Assembly (NCBI GenBank): GCA_951406725.2
Contig: OX597820.1
Coordinates: 74,214,001-74,278,000, forward strand
Source: Octopus vulgaris
Taxonomy: Eukaryota
Length of the DNA stretch: 64,000 nt
Direction of reading: 5' to 3'
The notes below the pieces were generated by a model that was given only the letters and a program-made list of their open reading frames with translations, made no database searches and was not told the DNA's origin. A program made the position numbers and the translations under genes. Of this stretch, positions 51,901-64,000 are shown one piece after another. The number at the start of each line of letters is the position of its first letter. Position 1 is the stretch's first letter.

Positions 51901-54754
51901 TTGATGATGATAATGATGATGGTGATGATGATAAAGATGCACATATAAGCATGACCACAGGATTTTGAGTTCAGTTTCACAGCCCGGCATCTTGGGGTGG
52001 TGTTTTCTACAATAACTTCGGGTCGACAATTGCTTTATGTTTGAATTTAGTTGACGGAAAATGCCAGGAAGCTCTTCGCTGATGTATTTATGTGTATGCG
52101 TGTATTTGTGCGCGTGTGTATGTCCTCTCCACCCTTTCACAACCGATGTCGATTTGTATACATCACTGAAAGTAGCGGTTCGCAAAAAATAAAAAAATAA
52201 AAAATAGTCATTAAATAAGTACCAGATTTTATTCGTAGAATAACCAGACAACAATAGAACACGGTTCTATTATGTTTTCATCCAAAATGGAGACGAACAC
52301 CGATGTCCCTTTTGACAGACTTAAATAATTTTTCTTTTACTCTTTTACTTGTTTCAGTCATTTGACTGCGGCCATGATGGAGCCGAACGAATCGACTCAA
52401 ACAATGACTTATTCTTTGCAAGCCTAATGCTTATTCTATTGGTTACTTTTGCCGAACAGCTAATGCTACGGGGACGTAAACATACTAACATCGGTTGTCA
52501 AACGATGGTTGGAGGACAAAGAAAAACACACAAATACATACATACATTGTGGCGCAATGGGTAACGCGTCTGGATACGGATCAGAAGATTCCGAATTCGA
52601 ATCCTGGCAAGCTGGAGGTTTTTTTTAGGCGCGGGCGTGGCTGTGTAGTAAGAAGCATGCTTCCCAACCATGTGGTTTCCGGTTCAGTCTCTCTGCGTGG
52701 CACCATGGGCAAGTGTTCTCTACTGTAGGGCCTTGTGAGTGTAGTACAGGGGTTGATTTGTTCGACGAAATCTCTCAAGACGGGACCCTAGCATGGCCAC
52801 AGTCTAATGAGTAAGACAAGCAAATGGCAAAAGATTCTTTCCTCTCATTCACTTACTCGCTCGTTTGCTCATTCCCTCCCTCCCTCCCTGCCTCACTCAC
52901 TCACTCACTCACTCACTCACTCACTCACTCACTCACTCACTCATTCACCCACTCTCTCTCTTCCTCGCTGTATACACACACACACACACACACAATATAT
53001 ATATATACAGAGAGAGAGAGGGAGAGAGAAAGACAGCGACATTGATATATATGTATGTGTGTGTATACACACACACACTCACACACATATATATATATAT
53101 GTATATATATATCTTTATATATATGTGTCAATATATAAATGTATGTGTATGTATATATATATATGTGTGTGTTTGTGTATATGTATATATATGTATATAT
53201 ATATATATTTATGTGTATATATGTATATATATATATATCTACATATATATATATATGTGTATATATATATATATATATCTGTGTCTGCTCAACACATGTT
53301 TATATGTGCTGTCTACAAACTGGGCTTACATATGCATAAAATTATGTGCTGCTATTTGTAAGCTTAAGCTACACGTCAGCAGGGGAGATTAAGAAAAAAA
53401 GGGCGAATAAAAAAAACAAACAAACAAACAAAATAACAAGACAAAACAAATAGAAAGAAACATGTCTGTTTGCCAAGGAATCCAAAAATATCTGCCCAGT
53501 CATAAATTTCATGACCCCCTACTGGCAATCGATCTATCAGCTTCCAGACAATGTCAGTGTTTAGCGAAATACCGACTCAGGTGTGAAATGAATGATTACA
53601 TAACATCGCGAAAACGTTGCCCTTTCTTTGTCAGTTTAATGGGCAATGCAATAATGCTTATAATAATCGTTGGCATTAAAAACCTGATCCTCTCCCCCCC
53701 TCCTTCTTTCTCACTCTTGCTTTCCGTTAATCTCCTTCACACACACACACACGCGCACACACAACCACGCAACCCGTCGTTTCACGCTCTCCGCCAATAC
53801 AAACAACTGTCTCTTTATTTTTAGTTTCCCAGTTTCTCTACCTTTCATTCTTTCCTTCTCGTTCTCTCCTCCTCTTCTCTCTCTCTCTCTCCTTCTTTCT
53901 CTCTCACATCTCAGTTTTACTCTTTCTCACCTCATACTCTAACCCCGCCACCTTGCACCACTATTCCACTTTGTTCCTTTTCTATCTTTCTTTCTATTTC
54001 TCTAACGTGTTTCTCCTTTCATTCTTCCTCCGTTTTTCTTCCTCTCCTTCCTTTCTTCCTTTCTTTCTTTCTTTCTTTCTTTCTCTCTGTGCCTCACTCT
54101 CTCTACATCTCTTTCTTTCCTTCTTTCTTTCTTCCCCCTCTCCCTTCCAATCTGTTTCTATTAGCTTTCCAGTCTTCAAATCGTTTACTCTCCCTCCCCC
54201 ATCCCACCTCTCTCTCTCTCTCTTGCTCTCATTTTTTACTCTCTCCATCTTTACTGTTTCCTTCTCCTCACTCTATCCCCCATTCCTTCACGTCTCTCTT
54301 TCACGTGAAGCTGTTCTATTTCTTTTGGTTCTTCAGCGACGAAGGCGCGTGGCTGAGTGGTTAGGTTATTCGGCTCCTGATCGTATGGTCCTGAGTTCGG
54401 TTCCCGCTCACGCGTTATGTTCTTAAGCAAGACACTTTATTTTACTTTGTTTCACTCCATTCAGCGACGATGATTGGATTCAAAGATGAGTTCTACCTGT
54501 AATGTATAAGGACCAGCCTTGTCACACTCTGTGTCACGCTGAATCTCTCCGAGAATTATGTAAAGGGTACGCTTGTCTGTGGAGCACTCAACCACTTGCA
54601 CGTTAATTTAACGAGCAGGCTGTTCAGTTGATCGGATCAACTGAAACACTCGTCGTCGCAACCGACGGAATGGCTGTGTTGTTAAGAAGTTTCAATTTCA
54701 GTCTTACTGCGCGGCATTTGGGACATGTCTTTGACTACTTTCTCTCATTCTGTC

Positions 54755-55130
54755 TTTTTCTTTTTTCTTCTTTTCTTACCTTCTTTCCTTCTTTCTTCCC
54801 TTTCCTTCTTTCTTTCCTTCTTTCTTTCTTCCCTTCCTTCCTTCCTTCCTTCCTTTTTTCCTTTTTTCCTTCCTTTTTCCTTCCTTCTTTCTTTCCTTTC
54901 TTCTTTCTTTACTTCCTTTCTTCCTTCTTTCCTTCCTTCCTTTTCCTTCCTTCTTTCTTTCCTTTCTTCCTTCTTTCCTTCCTTTCTTCCTTCTTTCCTT
55001 CCTTTCTTCCTTCTTTCCCTTCTTTCTTCCTTCTTTTCTTCCTTTCTTCCTTCTTTCCTTGTTTCTTTCTTTCTTTCTATCTTTCTTTCTTTCTTTCTTT
55101 CTTCATTCCTTTCTTTCTTTCCTTTTCCCC
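54755..55130. repeat. Near-pure polypyrimidine (TTCC/TTTC) tract
   Basis: About 375 bp consisting almost only of C and T. Confidence 0.95.
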
Positions 55131-55546
55131 CCTATTCTATCTCACTCTTTTTCTCTGCGTCTCTGTCCTACCCTCTCTCTCTCTCTTCCCTCTCTGGATT
55201 GTACCAGTAATTAAAAAAATTCAGCCATATGGCATCGGCTAATGCTGATTCGACCTCATACTTTCGTTGCGGGTTAATCGCTTACGGAATACTCAGTCAA
55301 TTTACACGAAAATTTCACAAGTGCCAGCTCAGTAATCGAACAAGCGAATATTCATGGCTACAACCGACGGCAGATCACCTCACCCCATCTACCATTATCG
55401 CCCACCTATGTCAATACATTCTATATCCTTCACTCTATCTCTGCGGGATTCCTCACAGTCTCCGCCTGCCAAATTCACTCACAAAACAAAGGTTGGCCCT
55501 AAATCTTATGTCTGCGAAGGTCTTGATCACAAATCCGTGCTTGCAC

Positions 55547-55640
<94 letters not shown>

Positions 55641-55762
55641 TTGTGTGTCTATATGTCTGTCTATCTATATATCTATGTATGTATGTGTGCGTGTGTGTCT
55701 GTCTGTCTGTCTGCATCTATCTGTGTGTGTGTGTGTGTGTCTCTCTCTCTCTGTATATATAC

Positions 55763-55795
<33 letters not shown>

Positions 55796-56824
55796 AAGAG
55801 AGTGGGAGAAAGAGAAAGAGAGAAAGAAAGAGAGAAATCGAGAGAGAGGAGAGAGATACATATATGTCACTACATATATGTATATATTACAAATACTCAC
55901 ACATACACACATGTGTGAGTATATATAATTGTATCTCTCATATCCTAATTACTCTTTTTATTTGCAACTATTCATGTTATTCGCTTTTGTAACAAACAGA
56001 CTTTGTTTTACTTTGATCTCGCTCGATTTGCTAGAAATAGCTGCCAAATCTCTTTCAAATTATATATCACAAGGCCAAAAACAGGAAACTATGCGAGTGT
56101 GTGTGTGTGTGGGGGGGGGAGATGTAATGCTATACACGTCATACCGTAAAAGTATCAAAAGAAATGATCGCACCCTGAATAACTTTCAGTATTGCTATAT
56201 TGAATGAGGGGTGGCCTGTGGTTAAATAACAACAACAACAAAAACCACAAAATAGCAAACTTAAAAATTCAATGGAGTGAATATAACAGAAAAGACAGAA
56301 TCAAAAGCAACATTAATAAAAACAAAATATATGAAATATATATATATATATATATATAAATAAAAGAAAACAACTAGATTAAATGCCGAACACAGTTCCA
56401 TCTCGATGTGCTAACTACGTCACCTTAAACCTTCACAACTGTTAGAACCACATGAATTCTATACTTCTTCGTTTTTCATTTCCTCTCTCGTTTTGATGGT
56501 ACTTCTGAACTTTATACGCTGTCGTGACGTTGCCTTGACAACCATCTGGATATTTGGACGTCACCATGCCGAGAAGAGAACATTTAGAAAATGGCTGACA
56601 TTCAGCTAAAAGATTCCAAGATTACACATTAGGCACTCGAACGTAACATTAACTGTCAATTCTTATTCTCACATTCATGAATGCGAGAACGAACCGGTGT
56701 CCTGTCGATTGCCCCATACATGGCGTCTGCAATGAATTATTACATGTTGTTTACATACACTTGAGTATAAATGCACACTTGTGTATGCAGCAATTACACA
56801 CATATATAAACACACATAAATATA

Positions 56825-56882
<58 letters not shown>

Positions 56883-56884
56883 CA

Positions 56885-57065
56885 TTTTTTGTTATCTCCT
56901 TGTTTCTCTCCTTGTTTTTTTCTGTGTATCTTTGTGTCGAAGAGCGTAGGCTCGAAACGTAAAAGACTTTTTCTATTTCTATTCCTGAGCGCTATACTAA
57001 TACATTTGTTTGTTTGTACTCCACCTGCCTTCGTCTTTAGTTTATTTTCGTAAACCTTCCCGTTA
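56885..57065 (+). mobile_element. Short hammerhead-bearing element between (TA)n tracts
   Basis: CUUU-GUGUCGA-A-GAGC(guag)GCUC-GAAAC-GUA-AAAG. Homologous to 61096-61280(-) and to the fragment at about 18018-18115(+). Confidence 0.75.
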
Positions 57066-57092
57066 TATATATGTATATATATATACATATAT

Positions 57093-57126
<34 letters not shown>

Positions 57127-57209
57127 GCATATTTATGTGTATGTATATAAATACATAGATACATATAAATGCATACATTTATCTATCTACCTATCTATCT
57201 ATCTATCTA

Positions 57210-57258
<49 letters not shown>

Positions 57259-57641
57259 CTATCAATCTACACACATGCATATATATAACAAGGAATTCAA
57301 TGATTGTGTAGAAATTTCATAACCTTTAGCTCAGAGCCCAACTATTTTCCCACACAGTCGTTTGGATCTAAACGGAAATGTTTGTAAAATCGTTAGTCAG
57401 CTTCTGCAGAAAAAATATCAGGGAGAGGACTTCATTGTTTGTATGTCTTCGGATTTTCGGTTGTGTATCGTCCAGCTGGATTACGCTGGAATTTAACTAA
57501 CCAAATGGCATAATAGCTTGGGCACTCTATAGATTACTTACAATGGGTTCCGCTACTTCTGTGAATCCAGTTCTTATACGTACATACATACATACATACA
57601 TACATACATACATACATACATACATACATACATACAGACAG

Positions 57642-57711
<70 letters not shown>

Positions 57712-57837
57712 TAGCTGAACACGTGACGTCAATAATGAAGACTAATTGCAGTATTTTATATAGAAATAAAGTACCAAAAATGTACATAATAATCACACAT
57801 ACAAACATTCACATAATATATGATACGTATACACACA

Positions 57838-57878
<41 letters not shown>

Positions 57879-58589
57879 GTATATATGGAATATTCTCCTC
57901 AGGAAAGAACTTTTAATTAAACCATGTACAACACAGAGAAGCCTGATATCGCCTAAAGTACTATTATCTTGACATTTTTAATCTTAATCCAAGTAAAGTA
58001 AAATGGCGAAACGTGTAAAATGTGAGACAATGCTTAGGGATTCTAGGAATATCAGCAACAAGGACTACATACATAGATACATACATACGTATATACGTAC
58101 ATACGTATATACATGCATGTGTATATATATGTACATGCATATATACATACATACGTATATATGTACATGCATACACACATACATACGTATATACATACAA
58201 ATATACATGCATACATAATACATACATACGTATATATGTATATACGTACATACATACATACATACGTATATACATAAATACATACATACATAGTATATAC
58301 ATTCATGCATTTATACATACATGCGTATATACATAACTACATACGAATATGCGTACTTACATACATACGTACATATATACATACAGACAAACAGACAGAC
58401 ATACAAATATGTATGTGTGCATACATACAGATGCATAGATTTATATGATGTATTTATATATTTATACCTGTGTATGTGTTTGCGCCTATGTACGCTCTCG
58501 CGGTATCCACGAGTCTATATATTACGATGTTGCTTATGGATAAAGGTATACAAATAACCTATCATATACATGAACGCGGAAATGCATTA

Positions 58590-58675
<86 letters not shown>

Positions 58676-58753
58676 ATATATATATATATCCATCTATCTA
58701 TCCATCTCTCTCTCTTTCTCTCTCTCTTTTTCTCTCCTCTCTCTCTTTCTCTG

Positions 58754-58838
<85 letters not shown>

Positions 58839-58857
58839 GCGTGTGTGTGTGTGCATA

Positions 58858-58951
58858 CAGTAACCCCTCGATTGTCGCGGGTGTTACGTTCCTAAACCCC
58901 ATCCCCCGCGATAGGTGAAGATCCGTGAAGTAGAAACAGTACTATACTGTA

Positions 58952-59027
<76 letters not shown>

Positions 59028-59141
59028 TTTATAATCTGTGTATATTTATTTTATTATATATGAAAACCAACAACACGGAGTAATCGACGTAAGCTTAAAT
59101 AATAAAACGGGATAAGTGAACCGCGATATGACGAAGGATTA

Positions 59142-59144
<3 letters not shown>
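58858..59144. mobile_element. pogo/Tigger-like MITE with TA duplication and an internal (TAT)n
   Basis: ta|CAGTAACCCCTCG...CGAAGGATTACTG|ta. Shares cccgcgataggtgaa..tc.g.gaagtagaaacagtact with the 24129 copy. Confidence 0.85.
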
Positions 59145-59193
<49 letters not shown>

Positions 59194-59339
59194 ATATATG
59201 GATATATATAAACATGTATACATATGTTTTATATACATGTATGTATGTATATATATATATAATATATTAATAAATAAAACAAATTAATAAATAAAACATA
59301 TGCATATATATATACATATATGTACATACCTACCTCTAC

Positions 59340-60010
59340 ATGTATATATACACGCATACATGAGTACAGGACACCAAAAAAAGTCGAACACAATGAGAAA
59401 CGAAAACACAGACACAAACCCAAGGAACTGGACATCTTTCTTAAATAACAAAAAAATAGAGTACAGGACAAATAACACATGGAAAAAACCACTTCTTCAG
59501 TCGCCATGGTTTCATCTACTCTACGTTTCGAAGGTGAAAGTGAGACGTATCTTCGATAGAAACTTTCCTTCCTGCGAAAAACAAAGCAAATAAAATTTGA
59601 GATCTTTTTGCAGAGGGGTAAAAATGGTAACAAAAACAGGACAGTAACGACAGTACAAAATATAAGCAGTAAAAGACAGGACAAGGAAAATAACAAGACA
59701 AGAAGGGTTGTTAAGCCGAACGAAAAAAAGTATTACGAACGCTATTTCTGTGGACGGCGAAGGGTGCAAAGAAAATTGCCGTCCACACCTCAAGAAGGTC
59801 AGGCGAGAGAGAAGGTGGCAAGGCTCTCGTCGCGGGTTAACGGCGGGAGGGAGGAGGAGGAGTAAGAGAAAGGGAGAGAAGAAAGGGGAATGGTTGTGAG
59901 GAAACCAGAAAGAATGAAGAATGAGATAGAGGGAAAGACAGTTAAGTGGAAGAAAAGGAAATCAAAGAATGAAGGCTGAGAAAGGGAGGGGACAGAAAGG
60001 TTAAGAGTGC
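59340..60010 (-). mobile_element. Probable Penelope-like 3' terminal region with a degenerate hammerhead
   Basis: The minus strand is pyrimidine-rich, has UUU-CUAUCGA-AGA...UUC-GAAAC-GUA-GAG at about 59518-59562, and runs into TA-rich repeat. Confidence 0.4.
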
Positions 60011-60584
60011 GCATCAAAATTAATATCAAGAACAATCTTACTTAGAAAGGGATGCGTGCGTTCCGTCATATAATATATTAATAATATATATATAAGCACA
60101 TGAATACATATGTATATATAACTATACATGTATATATAAATGTGTGTGTGTATAATACACATACCTACATCCACATATATGTATATATATATTTACATAC
60201 ATTCCCTTGCGCACAGGTACACACACACACACAAACCTCCATAAAACAATAAAGTCTTTTCAAGTAGGAAACCTGTAAGGGTTTTAAATAATAGAGAGAT
60301 GAAGGAAAAGATTCTTTAAATGTGTCAGAGGAATGTGGAGACCTGTACACAGCCTGTTGAAATATCGTTTTCGTTTATTCACTTGCTATAATCTTTTTCC
60401 AGAAATACACTTTTAAATTCATTGGAAATTAATGATTATGCGTATGAAATACATTTCGTCTTTTTAACTATTGTTCTTTCCTTTTCTCTGCTTGTCTCAC
60501 TCCCACACTCTGCCCTCATCATATATATATATATATATATCGGTTTCACTATCTGTTTGTCTGTGTGCCTTTTTATGTACACAT

Positions 60585-60638
<54 letters not shown>

Positions 60639-61095
60639 GATATTAGCCAACCGAATATGGCTAGGGACAGGGCAGGGTGGTGGGGGTGTCACTGTTGCAT
60701 TTAGCCCCAGGCGAACATCAACGTCACCAGATAGGCCTGACGCCATCACGGCGTCCTCTATCCTGCAAAGGGAGATCACTCACCAAGAAGCCGATACCAC
60801 ACACGGACCTAGGTTTCAAGGTGTATTGCCTATTATCAACGTGTGGTAGGCATCGCTTCTCGATGAACGACCAACTTTGCAAGATATATATAAGGATTTT
60901 CAAGTAAATACATTTACTGATTTCGAAAATCTGTTCGACAGCAATAATAATTCTCTAAATGAGATATAGACAGTGACTGCTCCGTAATATATATATAAAT
61001 ATGCGTATACATAGATATGTGTATATGTGTATACACACACACACACACATACACACACACACACACACACATACACACACACACATATATATATA

Positions 61096-61280
61096 GTGAG
61101 AATTTACAAAAAGACAAAAGACGAAGACGAAGACGGTTGTGTAAACAACAAACAGATGTATTAGTTTAGCGCTCTGGAAGTGAGAAAGTCTTTTACGTTT
61201 CGAGCCTACGCTCATCGACAGAAAGGAACACAGAAATAGACAGGGAAATAAAATAAAAAAGGTTTAGTGGCTAGCGATCT
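61096..61280 (-). mobile_element. Short hammerhead-bearing element, same family as 56885
   Basis: Minus strand 61225-61190 reads CUUU-CUGUCGA-U-GAGC(guag)GCUC-GAAAC-GUA-AAAG. Its 3' end abuts (TA)n. Confidence 0.78.
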
Positions 61281-61285
61281 GTCTG

Positions 61286-61374
<89 letters not shown>

Positions 61375-61624
61375 ATATATATATATATATATACACATAT
61401 ATATATATGATGTATATTATACACAAACACACTTATGTAGATAGATAGCTAGATAGAAAGAAAGAATTTCTCGCAGCTACAGTTTCATGCTTTCGTGATC
61501 ATCAGGTGAGGACTTACCTAATGTTTAGTATCATGTGATACTAGAGTGACAAGAAAGAATGTTGTTTAAGTAGACTCTGTCTGTCTGCATCTCACTCTGT
61601 CTCTATATCTCTGTATTCTTTCAA

Positions 61625-61830
61625 TAGCTAAGATGTTCTTGGGAAGTGTACAAGCTGTGGGCTGGAAGAGACCTCATGGCAGACCCCACACCAGCTGGCT
61701 GGACATAATTAAGGAAGACCTCCAGAGGCTCGACGTCACTTTGCAAAGTTGCAAAGTATGATGACGTCTCTTGGACCGCTAACATGGTATGACCTCATCC
61801 CCATGACGCAAGAGCATGACGCAAGCATCC
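61625..61830 (+). pseudogene. RTE-like LINE C-terminal fragment
   Basis: AKMFLGSVQAVGWKRPHGRPHTSWLDIIKEDLQRLDV resembles the RTE C-terminal WKRPRGRP..W.D motif. Confidence 0.7.
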
Positions 61831-62706
61831 AACAGCTGAAAGCATAAAAGTCAGTGATGTTAACATCAGTATCAACAGGAACGTCAAGGAGTTAATGTTG
61901 TTTTATAACTTACACTTGATGAAAAGTTAAAGCACCCCTGTATACGACGTTTCAATGGGAAGTTAAGAATAAGCAGAATTCCTGAACTAGTCGGTGTGTT
62001 CAGTTTAGATAATATTAACAACCGTAAGTTTCACACATCTGGAATATACGTGTATTTGCTGATAGGATAGAGAAGTTAAATCTATCGTTGAGAAATTTGC
62101 AACAATAAAAAAAGATATCTTTTGGTGTCTTTAAAATCATTTATACGTCGCAAACGCAATTTCAGGAGAGTAAGAGAGTGACATCCTCTTGACCGTGTAA
62201 AAATTGAACTATTTAAATTTCTTCTCTCCACAAGACCAACAAAAGACTCTGACTCAGAGATGAGTCTTGTGGCAAGGATAAGAGTTTCTTTTGTGTAATT
62301 CTGTGGTGTAGAGAAAAACAATCCAATGAAAAACTCACGCTTCAAAGTGTAATTAGTCTGAGAAGCTGGTTGATACTGTCGAATTTTATGTAACATTCAG
62401 GATATTTTCTAAGACCAACATCCTCTGTTGGCAGCAATGGGACAAAACTTTTGATTTCAAGTCAACAAATGTCGAGCGTTCCTTCAAGTAACTTCGGGTA
62501 ATGGTTACTTGAGTCTCCAACTGTCTTCCGGATTCCTGAAATGGTTAAAACTCACAGAAGCGCCAATGTTTTTGAAAACTATATTCTTTCTTATTGAAGA
62601 ACGGTGCCCTGACTTTACGCTAGGGAAATTAATGTTTTGCTAAATGGAGTTTGGCAAATAGTACACATGTTGCATTAGTTTAACGTTAAAAAAAAAGAAA
62701 GATCGC

Positions 62707-62740
62707 CTTGACGTTTCGGATGCTAGTCCTTCATCGGAAG
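62707..62740 (-). ncRNA. Minimal hammerhead motif (U4C core variant)
   Basis: CUU-CCGAUGA-A-GGA(cuagca)UCC-GAAAC-GUC-AAG. Confidence 0.65.
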
Positions 62741-63602
62741 AAAGAAAGCTAAAAATAAAATAGGAGAATGAATGAGAATAGGTGGCTGGAGAAAAAAGGA
62801 AGAGTTATGGGACAGATGTGAATGTGGTTCTCAGGAGGAATGAAGAGGAGGAGAGGGGGACAAGTTGGTGCGTGCAGTGATATACATACATACATACAAA
62901 CATGTGTGTGTGTGAGTATTTATTTACTATATATCTATTTAGAGAAAGAAGAGAAAGAGGAAGAAAAGAGAGTGAGAGAGAGAGAAAGAACTGGACAAAG
63001 AGGTGGAAGACACAAATGATGGATCAATAAACAGAATGCAAAATGAACATTTGCTAGTCTGAGATATTATTCAAGAAACAAGAAGTACCATAAATATACG
63101 AAATAAAAGAAAGAAACAATTGTGACAATAGCGTATTGTTTCGATAGGTGCTAAAACTTTTAGAAGCTCCTCTATCTTTAGATTTCCCTCGACGTTTCTT
63201 TAATTTTAGCAGAAATCTTATTTTATTCTAAAATTGAAGAACTCTTCTCCCTGTCATAAACTTCTTTGCTATTATTAACCAATTTCCTTTCGAGACATTA
63301 AATGAGGTATTCTTGATTTTTTTTTTGTCACTGTTTGCTTTTAATTCTTATTTTTTTCCCATTATTTAAAGATGCTTTTGTTATTTAAAGTCGATTTTAT
63401 TCTTTTTGTTATACACTATAGATGAATTCCAATTTAAAATAAAAATTGAATCACTTTGGTTTTTCCTAAAATATTTCAATAACAAAATGGTTTTCGTTCT
63501 TACGTCACCATTTTTTCAAAATCCTTTCTTATCAAACAAACTCACACATATATACACAAATAATACATATAGATTTTTATACGGATATATATGTATGTAT
63601 GT

Positions 63603-63678
<76 letters not shown>

Positions 63679-63794
63679 ATATACACATATATACATACAA
63701 ATATATATACATACAAATATATATACATATGTATACATATATATATGCACACATATATATACATACACACACATATATAAATATACACGCACAC

Positions 63795-63841
<47 letters not shown>

Positions 63842-64000
63842 TACACACATAACTGCATACATGTAGATATATGTATATAGATGCATACATATATACATAT
63901 GTATACACTTTGTTACGCAATTTCTTGTCAAATACAATTGTCATTTTCAAAGAAACTCTTCTATTTACCAAATATGTCAGTTAAAAAAGACACACACATA

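Overview
This is an AT-rich, microsatellite-saturated eukaryotic non-coding window (intergenic or intronic) with a 100-N gap at 19490-19589. Its repeat content points to a cephalopod, most likely Octopus; this is inferred from recalled SINE families, not from a search. Nearly all ORF-track entries are microsatellite translations, and no intact protein-coding gene can be supported. The window contains: (1) a 5'-truncated, frameshifted Penelope-like retroelement (RT, Cys linker, GIY-YIG) at about 26788-31422, inserted in (TA)n; (2) relics of a Chapaev-type transposase and of Hero-like, RTE-like and Tx1-like LINEs, plus a Helitron-like element and pogo-like MITEs; (3) dozens of copies of three tRNA-derived SINE families; and (4) one candidate host exon. 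The most notable unexplained signal is about 11 minimal type-I hammerhead-ribozyme-like motifs, mostly in short elements next to (TA)n. Two of them lie in unrelated ~370-385 bp cassettes closed by long inverted repeats. Fold-back palindromes centred on or next to (TA)n also recur. Together these suggest a (TA)n-targeted Penelope-like system with non-autonomous ribozyme-bearing derivatives. All alignments and folds were done by eye.
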